Assembly (NCBI GenBank): GCA_964487045.1
Contig: CAZAOT010000003.1
Location: forward strand, 72,983 to 136,982
Reading direction: 5' to 3'
From: an uncultured Candidatus Saccharibacteria bacterium
GTDB taxonomy: Bacteria > Patescibacteriota > UBA1384 > DTJR01
DNA: 64,000 nucleotides
In this document: positions 8,954 through 16,473 of the stretch, piece after piece
Layout: the number at the start of each line of letters is the position of its first letter
Position numbering within the stretch: the stretch's first letter is position 1
Notes under the pieces: generated by a model
Seen by the model: the letters and a program-made list of their open reading frames with translations, nothing else
Told to the model about the DNA's origin: nothing
Database searches by the model: none
Translations under genes and position numbers: made by a program

Positions 8954-9523
8954 CTAGCCCTTGCAGTCAGGGCATACGATCGTGATTTGGTTTCCTACGC
9001 CGGACCCTGTGTCCGGAATGAAGGGATCTCCACAGCGGAAGCAGTATCTGGGTTCACCTGCAACCAGCTTCTTGTCTGCATCCGAGCAGACCTTGCACTT
9101 GCGGGGATTCCAGAGGTTGCGTCTGCTTGGGGTATAAGCACCGCAATGTGGGCAGTAGAAGTGTGTCATTAGGCGTTGCCCAGTGCTCTTGGCGACAGGC
9201 GGGATCCAGCGCTTGATCGTGAAGCGCTGCTCCAAACCAGGGTGCAACTCTACCGTAGCGCCGTGGCCGCTGGTAGCTCGGACAGCAAAGCCGTTTTCCA
9301 GAAAGAGGTTCGCTATCTGCGCGAGTTCGCCCAGAGGTTCCTGGTTGAGGGCAGTTGCCAACTCAACATAGCATAGTTCTTCTGGAATGCTAGCGGCAGG
9401 CTGGTTGATTTCGACAGCGATACGAGCTTGCTGCTCCTCGGGTAGATTTGCCAATAAGGCAGTAATCCGCCCCTTGAGCGCGTCTGCTTCTTGGCTTGTA
9501 CTGGTGACTCGGGCGCGGATCAT
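8954..9523 (-). CDS. Zinc-ribbon protein with four CxxC pairs (CPHC..CKVC..CFRC..CPDC), GC-rich cassette d1
   Basis: Cys motifs read from the translation; a perfect TTGACA-N17-TATAAT promoter sits upstream (minus) at ~9555-9585. Confidence 0.45.
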   Translation of the reverse strand: MIRARVTSTSQEADALKGRITALLANLPEEQQARIAVEINQPAASIPEELCYVELATALNQEPLGELAQIANLFLENGFAVRATSGHGATVELHPGLEQRFTIKRWIPPVAKSTGQRLMTHFYCPHCGAYTPSRRNLWNPRKCKVCSDADKKLVAGEPRYCFRCGDPFIPDTGSGVGNQITIVCPDCKG

Positions 9524-9611
9524 GGTTGCTCCCTATCCTTTTTGGTATGTAAAGGTTCGAACGAACGTTTGATTATATTTGAATTACGTCCGAATGTCAA
9601 TAATTAAGTAC

Positions 9612-9633
9612 AAGGGACGCCGGAGGGGCGTCC
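9612..9633 (-). terminator. Hairpin AGGGACGCC-GGAG-GGCGTCCCT just downstream of the 9638 stop (minus), followed by T-rich sequence
   Basis: Perfect 9-bp stem. Confidence 0.45.
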
Positions 9634-9637
9634 CTGA

Positions 9638-9919
9638 TCAGAGCCAGCAGTCGTGGCGAGTGATGATATTTCCGTCATCGCCAATACTGCCAACTTTGCA
9701 TGTTCTTCCGAGACGGCGAAAGCCTCTCATTGCAGGAGCAAATGCGGCTGCACCTAACAATATATAGAAGCTGGTACCAGATATGCCCGAGATGGTAGCG
9801 AAAAGCCAGAACATCTTGGGGTAGCAGATCGCTACAGTCGTTGAAGTGTACGCAACCCCTTTGAGAAGGGGAGCGAGAACGATCGGTCGTGAAACTAATG
9901 ACAGAATTCGACTGATCAT
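9638..9919 (-). CDS. Small hydrophobic protein on GC-rich cassette d2
   Basis: ORF with RBS GGAAGGAG and promoter-like TTGAAA-N17-TAATTT upstream; its own terminator. Confidence 0.35.
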   Translation of the reverse strand: MISRILSLVSRPIVLAPLLKGVAYTSTTVAICYPKMFWLFATISGISGTSFYILLGAAAFAPAMRGFRRLGRTCKVGSIGDDGNIITRHDCWL

Positions 9920-10023
9920 GCGCTTCTCCTTCCGAGGGATATGGTTAAATTATCCTAAAACAAGTTTGTTTTCAACCTGATAGATTGATTTTTTGTCTCA
10001 TTTGGGCTATAATAATAAGTGCC

Positions 10024-10041
10024 TGCCTGCCGGTAGGCAGG
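10024..10041. promoter_or_regulatory. 18-mer TGCCTGCCGGTAGGCAGG (16-bp palindrome, 6-bp arms) at the +1 region of the tRNA-Lys promoter (TTGATT-N17-TATAAT at ~9990-10018)
   Basis: The identical 18-mer occurs inverted at 12387-12404. Confidence 0.5.
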
Positions 10042-10074
10042 GCTTTCCGCCTGTTCTTTTCTGTTATAAAGTTT

Positions 10075-10149
10075 GGGCCTGTAGCTCAGTGGTAGAGCAG
10101 TTGCCTTTTAAGCAACGTGTCGTGGGTTCGATACCCACCAGGCCCTCCA
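10075..10149 (+). tRNA. tRNA-Lys (anticodon UUU at 10107-10109), CCA encoded
   Basis: Cloverleaf folded by hand: acceptor GGGCCUG/CAGGCCC, D-arm GCUC/GAGC, anticodon stem GUUGC/GCAAC with loop CUUUUAA, T-arm GUGGG-UUCGAUA-CCCAC. Confidence 0.85.
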
Positions 10150-10161
10150 ATGAAAAAAAAT

Positions 10162-10188
10162 ATCCACCCGTGCGGTGGATGTTTTTGT
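10162..10188 (+). terminator. Intrinsic terminator after the tRNA (ATCCACC-CGTG-CGGTGGAT followed by GTTTTTGTT)
   Basis: Hairpin plus T-run. Confidence 0.6.
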
Positions 10189-10341
10189 TATTTGGAGTCA
10201 CTTAAGAGCGCGAAAGGCGTAGGCCGAGCTAAGGTCGAGAAAAAAAATCAGCAAAAATTGTCCAACATCTTGATTTTTTGAAAAATAAGTGAATAATGTA
10301 TTATTAATTTGGAATACGTACATTGAAAGAGGTAGGTAGCG

Positions 10342-10761
10342 ATGAGTAAGCGCATCCTGGTGGTTGATGATGAGCGCCACATCGTCCGTCTGGTTAAGCT
10401 CAACCTGGAACGCGCCGGCGGCTATGACGTCCTGACAGCGTACGACGGGATCGAGGCTCTGGGCAAAGTCAAGACCGAGAGCCCCGATATGGTGGTGCTC
10501 GACATCATGATGCCCCGGATGGACGGTTACGAAGTACTGCGTAACTTGCAAGCAGATCCCAGCTGCCAGAACATACCCGTGATCATGCTGACCGGCAAGG
10601 ACCAGGACGCCGACTTCTTCAAGGCCTGGGCCAGTGGGTTGAGGGCATATATGACAAAGCCCTTTGATCCCCAAGAATTGCTGACATTCATCCAACGGAT
10701 CTTCGAGGCCGATCAAATCGGGTATGGGGATGATACAGATGATTCGTGCTTTGAAGTGTAA
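10342..10761 (+). CDS. Stand-alone response-regulator receiver (CheY-like) domain protein, GC-rich cassette e
   Basis: VVDDE...D...DIMMP..DG...LTGK receiver signature; 139 aa; no output domain; no kinase in the window. Confidence 0.7.
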   Translation: MSKRILVVDDERHIVRLVKLNLERAGGYDVLTAYDGIEALGKVKTESPDMVVLDIMMPRMDGYEVLRNLQADPSCQNIPVIMLTGKDQDADFFKAWASGLRAYMTKPFDPQELLTFIQRIFEADQIGYGDDTDDSCFEV

Positions 10762-10787
10762 TGTAGCTTGCCCCTCTCGATTCCCAT

Positions 10788-10826
10788 GCCCGCATCTGCT
10801 CCGGAGGCTTTGCGGGCATTCTTTTT
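10788..10826 (+). terminator. Intrinsic terminator GCCCGCA..TGCGGGC followed by ATTCTTTTTCT
   Basis: Hairpin plus T-run directly after the receiver gene. Confidence 0.6.
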
Positions 10827-11003
10827 CTAAATAGTTAACACCCATTTTATAAAGTCCAAACACAAATTTTTCAAAATTAGTTCAATCTGAGCCACAGGTG
10901 AAATTTCGCGTTCCACCCGCGAAATCCCCAGAAATAAAATTGCCCCGTTAGGGGCTATTTTAATTATTTAGAGATGTTTCCAGTCGTGTGATATATTAGT
11001 CCT

Positions 11004-11453
11004 ATGGTCAAATCTCATCCAAAAGTAGGTGTTGGCATTATCGTCATCAAGAAAGAAAATGGCAAAGATTTTGTAATGCTCCATCAGCGCAAAGGAAGAA
11101 ATGGGCTAGGCAAGGACTATTGGGGCAGTGGTGGAGGACACCTGGAATTGGGTGAATCGCTGGAGGCCGGTGCGCTTCGGGAGCTCAAAGAGGAAGCAGG
11201 AGGCAAACTGAAGGTAAAAAATGTGAGATTCTTAGGTGTGATTAACTTTACCGAAATGAATCCAAAACACTATGTCGATGTCAGTTTTGTAGCCGATTGG
11301 GTGTCCGGGGAACCAATTAACAATGCTCCCGAGGAAACAACCGACTGGAAGTGGTTTGCGCTGGATGAGCTACCAAGCCCGCTCTTTCCGCCAGTAGAGC
11401 ATTATCTGGAAGCGCTCGAGACAGGGCAAAGTTTTTTTGATTCGTCGTTTTAG
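11004..11453 (+). CDS. NUDIX hydrolase
   Basis: Nudix box GGGHLELGESLEAGALRELKEEAG. Confidence 0.7.
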   Translation: MVKSHPKVGVGIIVIKKENGKDFVMLHQRKGRNGLGKDYWGSGGGHLELGESLEAGALRELKEEAGGKLKVKNVRFLGVINFTEMNPKHYVDVSFVADWVSGEPINNAPEETTDWKWFALDELPSPLFPPVEHYLEALETGQSFFDSSF

Positions 11454-11466
11454 TTAAAGGTGCAAC

Positions 11467-12216
11467 ATGAAAATGCTTGAGTCAATTACAATCCGTCTAC
11501 CTCGAAAAGATCGAGATTTTGAGAATAAATTTCTTAACTTTTTGGGTCAATTTGGAATAAAAAAGGGCGATAAAATCACTTTTCAGCGTTCCAGTGATAA
11601 ATATCTTCCAAGAACTGCCTTTGAATTTAGCGATTGCCAGACTGCTGAAGCGATATTTTGTAGTTCGACAGAGCATAAGGTTAAGATTGCCAATACTACC
11701 GGTCAGGAGAAAAAGAGCCCTCTTGCATATACTCCAATCAAGCTAGGAGAATTTTTAGAACGCGTGAAGAATCTGAATTTTGAATTTGTGGATCATATTG
11801 GTTTTGACATTTTTTGGCCTAGGGGTGCTCATCCGGCAATTCAACAAGCCAGAGAGGTTTTATCCAAGGAGTGTTTGTATTATCTTTATCCAACAGGAGA
11901 AGACTGGGATTTTATTATTCCCGCCACTCCAGAAGAGATTGTTTCAAAAGCGTTAGATTACAAAGCCATTCGCAGGCCAAAATTCGAAATAGTCTCGCTC
12001 GACTATACTTCAACCCCGATTATCCAATTTGATATATCGGTTAAAGAAAATTTTGATCAAATTAAAGGTTTATTTCCTGAAGGTTATCCGGATAATTATT
12101 TGAAAAATGTTTGGGTTTATATAGAGAACCCCTACGAATTATTTATTTGTGTGGTAATTGGTCATCGCAACAAAGGCGACTGGTACCGATTTCTTAAAAA
12201 AGGACTAATCAAGTAG
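11467..12216 (+). CDS. Hypothetical protein
   Basis: 249-aa ORF, backbone composition, no recognisable motif. Confidence 0.4.
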   Translation: MKMLESITIRLPRKDRDFENKFLNFLGQFGIKKGDKITFQRSSDKYLPRTAFEFSDCQTAEAIFCSSTEHKVKIANTTGQEKKSPLAYTPIKLGEFLERVKNLNFEFVDHIGFDIFWPRGAHPAIQQAREVLSKECLYYLYPTGEDWDFIIPATPEEIVSKALDYKAIRRPKFEIVSLDYTSTPIIQFDISVKENFDQIKGLFPEGYPDNYLKNVWVYIENPYELFICVVIGHRNKGDWYRFLKKGLIK

Positions 12217-12386
12217 GACGACTCTGTTTTAAAAGTGAAGATTACGGAACTTTTTTTATAATAATTAGGATTGACTTTTTTGTAATAAACACAAGAATTG
12301 GGATATCATTAAGTTATTAGTAATAATAAAATATCCCAGTCACATTTCACCCTCTCGCAATATTCTTAATCTAAGAAATTTGCGAA

Positions 12387-12404
12387 CCTGCCTACCGGCA
12401 GGCA
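12387..12404. promoter_or_regulatory. Inverted copy of the 18-mer (CCTGCCTACCGGCAGGCA) upstream of the 12478 gene
   Basis: Reverse complement identical to 10024-10041. Confidence 0.5.
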
Positions 12405-12477
12405 AGTAGGGATCAAAGTGACGGGACTTCCGGAATTGCTTCCTGCCTTGGAGCGCAATTCTCGGAGCGGAGGAAAT

Positions 12478-12975
12478 ATGGCAAAGCCAACTAAATACGC
12501 AACTCTAATCTGTTTTGTGCTCATGATAGTCGCTGCGATATGCGCCTATATTGGTTATCGCAATCAATCAGCGATTGTTATTGTCCTAGGTCTATTGCCA
12601 ACGGTTATTTATGAAGTCTATCGAACAGAAGGCGAATCAACCCGTGCTTCAAGTTGGCTGATGTTGTTTGTGCTGGTAGCCGAAGCAATCTTAATTTTGT
12701 TTAAGATCAATTTTGATCTCGGGCAATATCTTGGACAATCTGATGCAATAATTGGTGGATCAGTAGTGCCACTTGGCGATATAAAGATTTTGGCTCCAGC
12801 AATTATGGCTCTACTCTCAGTAATTTTATTTACCCGAACAGCCGGAATATATACAAAGTGGTTATCGGTGATAATTTTTGCAGTATCTTTCGTGCTTATT
12901 TATGTTATTTCTCCCGAAGGGTTTTCGGGACTTATAAAATCTGCCATTAATCAGGTTATTTATTGGGGATTCTAA
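12478..12975 (+). CDS. Polytopic membrane protein (likely start MAKPTKY)
   Basis: Hydrophobic helices; the upstream 60 nt of the track ORF is GC-rich leader. Confidence 0.45.
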   Translation: MAKPTKYATLICFVLMIVAAICAYIGYRNQSAIVIVLGLLPTVIYEVYRTEGESTRASSWLMLFVLVAEAILILFKINFDLGQYLGQSDAIIGGSVVPLGDIKILAPAIMALLSVILFTRTAGIYTKWLSVIIFAVSFVLIYVISPEGFSGLIKSAINQVIYWGF

Positions 12976-13773
12976 TTATCTTACAGCGAAATAGTAACCC
13001 TTGTAGGAAAAATAATTGCCTCGAGGGCTTTGGGCCGGCTTGGATAGGTCTAGTTTTCCGTAAATTTTAAATTTATTGGCAATGGCAAAATGATATTCGG
13101 TAAGTGAATCAACCGCTGAACCATTTTCAATGAAAGTTCCTCCAGTTAGGCCGAATAAAAACAATGCTTTGATTCCACTCTCAATGCAGATGTTGTCAGT
13201 GCTGATAAATTTATAGTCTTCGTCTAATAACATTTTATAAGTCTTTGAGTCAGTCTTTTGCGGGCCAAGTTTGCCGGGTCTGTCCCAGTAGGTAATTAAT
13301 TTTGTTGCATCTTCAACCTGCATTTTTATTTCTGGAGATTTTCCGAGATACTCAATTTTATCTTCAACAATTTTTATTCCATATTTGATCGCCGGATAAT
13401 AACAGAAAGTGTAAATAGGTTTTTTCTTGTCGTGGATAGTGACAACGACTGAAAACATTTTCTTTCCTTCGGCATACAACTTAGTTCCATCTATTGGGTC
13501 TAGAGTCAAAACATATTTAGACGTTTTTGCAAATAAATGGGCGCTTGGAGTTTCTTCCTCGCCAATAAGCTCACACTCCTTTAGATCGCTTTGAATTAGG
13601 CGACTGAGAATGAACTCCTGCACCGCAAGATCGGCGGAGGTAACTATATCAACTTCGCTAAAACCGGTATTATGTTTCTGATTGGAAGTAAAACTGCTAC
13701 GCATCTTTAATGCTAATTCTCCTGCCTTGATAAAGTCTTGTTCAAATTTTTGAACTTCTTCTATTATATTCAT
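12976..13773 (-). CDS. Inositol monophosphatase / FIG-family phosphatase
   Basis: DPIDGT motif and upstream TSADLAVQ metal-binding region. Confidence 0.6.
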   Translation of the reverse strand: MNIIEEVQKFEQDFIKAGELALKMRSSFTSNQKHNTGFSEVDIVTSADLAVQEFILSRLIQSDLKECELIGEEETPSAHLFAKTSKYVLTLDPIDGTKLYAEGKKMFSVVVTIHDKKKPIYTFCYYPAIKYGIKIVEDKIEYLGKSPEIKMQVEDATKLITYWDRPGKLGPQKTDSKTYKMLLDEDYKFISTDNICIESGIKALFLFGLTGGTFIENGSAVDSLTEYHFAIANKFKIYGKLDLSKPAQSPRGNYFSYKGYYFAVR

Positions 13774-13816
13774 AAGCCAATCATATCTAATCTAGATTGA
13801 GAGTAAAGATTGAAGA

Positions 13817-13845
13817 TTGACTAATCGGCGAAAATAGTGTATATT
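13817..13845 (+). promoter_or_regulatory. Sigma70-like promoter TTGACT-N17-TATATT driving the orphan leader ORF / typA
   Basis: Hexamers and 17-bp spacing read directly. Confidence 0.45.
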
Positions 13846-13953
13846 CTATTGGTTGTAAACAGCCAAAGAAGGCTTTTTGATCTATTTCGCATAGCGAAGA
13901 GATCAACCCTTCCATAGCTCTTTGAGCGAAGGAGGGTATTCTTTTTAAAAATT

Positions 13954-14070
13954 ATGATTCGAAACGTTGCGATTATTGCTCATGTAGACCCCACACCGCT
14001 CCTTACTGCAAAACGGATTCCATCCTGTTATTGCAGTGCGTCAGGTCGAGGGGCGAGAGATGACAAATAA
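13954..14070 (+). CDS. Orphan leader ORF of 38 aa: displaced typA-like N-terminus (MIRNVAIIAHVD) fused in frame to the repeat-encoded peptide PTPLLTAKRIPSCYCSASGRGARDDK
   Basis: SD AAGGAGGG upstream; codons differ from the real typA N-terminus only at synonymous positions (6 of 6 differences). Confidence 0.45.
   Translation: MIRNVAIIAHVDPTPLLTAKRIPSCYCSASGRGARDDK
13989..14056. repeat. Copy A of the ~68-bp structured repeat: CCCCACACCGCTCCTTACTGCAAAACGGATTCCATCCTGTTATTGCAGTGCGTCAGGTCGAGGGGCGAG
   Basis: Flanked by the 13-bp direct repeat GCTCATGTAGACC at 13978-13990 and 14118-14130. Confidence 0.8.
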
Positions 14071-14081
14071 AATTTTGCCAA

Positions 14082-15902
14082 ATGGATATGAATAAAATTA
14101 GAAATGTAGCTATCATAGCTCATGTAGACCACGGAAAGACCACGCTTGTCGATGGTCTATTAAAGCAGTCCCATACTTTTCGTGACAACCAAGCCGAGAT
14201 GAATCAGACGCTCATTATGGACTCAAACGATCAGGAGAGAGAGCGCGGAATTACAATTTTGGCTAAAAATACCGCAGTAAATTACAAAGATACTAAAATT
14301 AATATTATTGATACTCCTGGCCACGCCGATTTCGGTGGGGAGGTGGAGCGAACGCTCAATATGGCAGATGGCGCGATCCTTGTAGTTGATGCTCAAGAAG
14401 GACCAATGCCTCAAACAAAGTTTGTTTTGAAAAAAGCGCTTGATTTAGGGCTAAAGATTATTGTAGTAATAAACAAAATTGATAAGAAAAATGCGCAAGT
14501 TGAAAGTGTTATAGAAAGAACTTCAGATCTATTTCTTGATTTAGCTTCTGATGAGTCACAGCTCGAATTTCCAATTTTGTTTTCAATTGCCAAGCAAGGT
14601 AAGGCTTGGAGCGAAATGCCACAGAATTTTGAAGAAGACGGTGATCTTTCGAAAATTTTTGAAGCAATTTTGCAGTATATTCCTGCGCCAAAAGTCGAAG
14701 AGGGTCCATTTCAGATGCTTGTATCGGCCTTGGATTGGGATAGCTATCAGGGAAAATACGCAATCGGAAAAATTTCAAGAGGAAAAGCGATGGCTGGTCT
14801 TCAGGTGAGTTTGGTAAATGAAGATGGCGTAAAAGAAAATACTCGAATTGATAAGATTTTTGTTAGCAGCGGTTTGGTCAAACAAGAAGTTAAGGAAGCC
14901 GTGTGTGGCGACATTGTTTCAATTACCGGAATTAAGAACGCTGGAATTGGCGAAACAATCGCTGATCAGACGAGTCCCGAGGCTCTGCCGGGCATAAGTA
15001 TAGAAGAGCCGACCCTTTCGATGGCAATTTCAGCCAATACTTCGCCATTTGCTGGCAAGGAAGGTAAGTTTGTTACTGGCCGACAAATTTTAGACAGAAT
15101 TAAAAAAGAACTAGAGACAAACGTTTCGCTAAAATTTAAACAGGGCGAGGAAGGCGAATATATTCTCTCTGGCCGAGGCGAACTTCACTTGTCCGTCTTT
15201 ATTGAAACTCTTCGTAGAGAAGGTTTTGAGCTTCAAGTTGGTAAGCCACAGGTTATTATCAAAGAGATTGATGGCATTAAGAGCGAACCACTTGAAGAAT
15301 TAACGGTTGATGTCGAAGATCAGTATGTAAATAACGTGATCGCCGAGGTTATAAGACGAAAAGGTGTTTTGCATCATCAGAACCCACTTCTTGATGGCAC
15401 GACCAGGCTTATTTTTGAAATTACAACGCGTGGAATGCTCGGTCTTAGAAGCCAACTAATGACTCTTTCGCGCGGAACAGCTGTCGCTAACTCGATATTT
15501 TTAAGATTTGAAAAAGTTATGAGCGAAATTCCAAGACTTCGAAACGGAGTTTTGATCGCTTCTGAAGATGGCAAGGCTGTAACTTATGGGCTTGATATAG
15601 CTCAGGGCCGAGGAATCACATTTATCGAGCCACAACAGCAAGTCTATAAAGGTATGATTATCGGGCTTAATTCAAAAGAGTCTGATATCGAAATCAATGT
15701 AGCCAAAGAGAAGCATTTGACCAATATTCGAGCTGCTTCTTCTGATATGACCACGGTTTTGACCCCAGCAACAATTTTGTCACTTGAACAATGTATTGAC
15801 TTTTTGGAAGATGACGAGCTTCTTGAGGTTACTCCAACGTCACTTCGACTTCGAAAGAAGATACTCGATCCAACGCAGCGAAATAGAGCTAGAATTCGCT
15901 AA
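14082..15902 (+). CDS. typA: Translational GTPase TypA/BipA (the true start may be ATG 14088, MNKIRNV...)
   Basis: AIIAHVDHGKTTLVD G1 motif, DTPGHADF, NKID; 606 aa. Confidence 0.85.
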   Translation: MDMNKIRNVAIIAHVDHGKTTLVDGLLKQSHTFRDNQAEMNQTLIMDSNDQERERGITILAKNTAVNYKDTKINIIDTPGHADFGGEVERTLNMADGAILVVDAQEGPMPQTKFVLKKALDLGLKIIVVINKIDKKNAQVESVIERTSDLFLDLASDESQLEFPILFSIAKQGKAWSEMPQNFEEDGDLSKIFEAILQYIPAPKVEEGPFQMLVSALDWDSYQGKYAIGKISRGKAMAGLQVSLVNEDGVKENTRIDKIFVSSGLVKQEVKEAVCGDIVSITGIKNAGIGETIADQTSPEALPGISIEEPTLSMAISANTSPFAGKEGKFVTGRQILDRIKKELETNVSLKFKQGEEGEYILSGRGELHLSVFIETLRREGFELQVGKPQVIIKEIDGIKSEPLEELTVDVEDQYVNNVIAEVIRRKGVLHHQNPLLDGTTRLIFEITTRGMLGLRSQLMTLSRGTAVANSIFLRFEKVMSEIPRLRNGVLIASEDGKAVTYGLDIAQGRGITFIEPQQQVYKGMIIGLNSKESDIEINVAKEKHLTNIRAASSDMTTVLTPATILSLEQCIDFLEDDELLEVTPTSLRLRKKILDPTQRNRARIR

Positions 15903-15917
15903 AACGCACTATCTCGA

Positions 15918-15946
15918 TTGACCTTTTTTGAAAAAATAGGTATAAT
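15918..15946 (+). promoter_or_regulatory. Consensus-like promoter TTGACC-N17-TATAAT for GC-rich cassette f
   Basis: Read directly. Confidence 0.5.
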
Positions 15947-15988
15947 TTTCTATTGCTCTTTAACAAACAGGGAAAACGAAAGGAAGAC

Positions 15989-16219
15989 ATGCCGACGTCA
16001 ATCGAGACTAAGGCGAGGAATATCGATAGACACTTGCCGGAGATGATGTGCTTGGCGCACTCGTCCGGCTTGCCTTCGATCATCCTTCCGTTTGGCACTT
16101 TTGACCAGCCAACTCAGGAGAAGCTGCGTGACCTAGTGGCCGAGTACGCCAAAGGCAAGGGCCACAAGACGCGCAAGTTCTTGCATCAGACGCGCCTCTA
16201 TCTCGAGGTGAGTATCTAA
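15989..16219 (+). CDS. Small hypothetical protein, cassette f gene 1 (start MPTSIETK)
   Basis: RBS AAGGAAG; GC-rich. Confidence 0.4.
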   Translation: MPTSIETKARNIDRHLPEMMCLAHSSGLPSIILPFGTFDQPTQEKLRDLVAEYAKGKGHKTRKFLHQTRLYLEVSI

Positions 16220-16226
16220 GGAGGGC

Positions 16227-16448
16227 ATGATGCCCAGGATAACCAGAACTGATTCGGCCGGCAATGCTTTGGAGATCGACGGCGCCAAGGTCGTCGCCGG
16301 GCCTTACGGCTCTCGGGCTGAGGTTGTTGTTGCGCACGCAGAGGTTGGGATGGAGTTGGCTTGTCGTTCGGGACGAATTTCAAGCGGGGTCTTTATTGAG
16401 CTCAATGGAAAGCACTATGCTGTCGAGGTCGCGACACAATTGATGTAA
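16227..16448 (+). CDS. Small hypothetical protein, cassette f gene 2
   Basis: 73-aa ORF tightly spaced within the operon. Confidence 0.4.
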   Translation: MMPRITRTDSAGNALEIDGAKVVAGPYGSRAEVVVAHAEVGMELACRSGRISSGVFIELNGKHYAVEVATQLM

Positions 16449-16473
16449 GTTGGCCAAAATAGGGAGGCAGATT

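Noticed and set aside
10198-10863. 221-aa minus-strand ORF overlapping the receiver gene
   Set aside because: Antisense shadow ORF in GC-rich DNA. The plus-strand gene has a clear CheY signature, SD and terminator.
10024-12404. The 18-bp inverted repeats as terminal inverted repeats of an IS or transposon
   Set aside because: No transposase or integrase lies between them. No target-site duplication is visible. The core is a 16-bp palindrome, which is better explained as a regulator-binding site.
13989-14056. The 68-bp element as a self-splicing intron, ribozyme or riboswitch
   Set aside because: It is far too short for a group I/II intron. No known small-ribozyme core is recognisable. The precise in-frame junctions and flanking direct repeats point to an insertion event and not a ligand-sensing leader. 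A structured RNA role is still possible.
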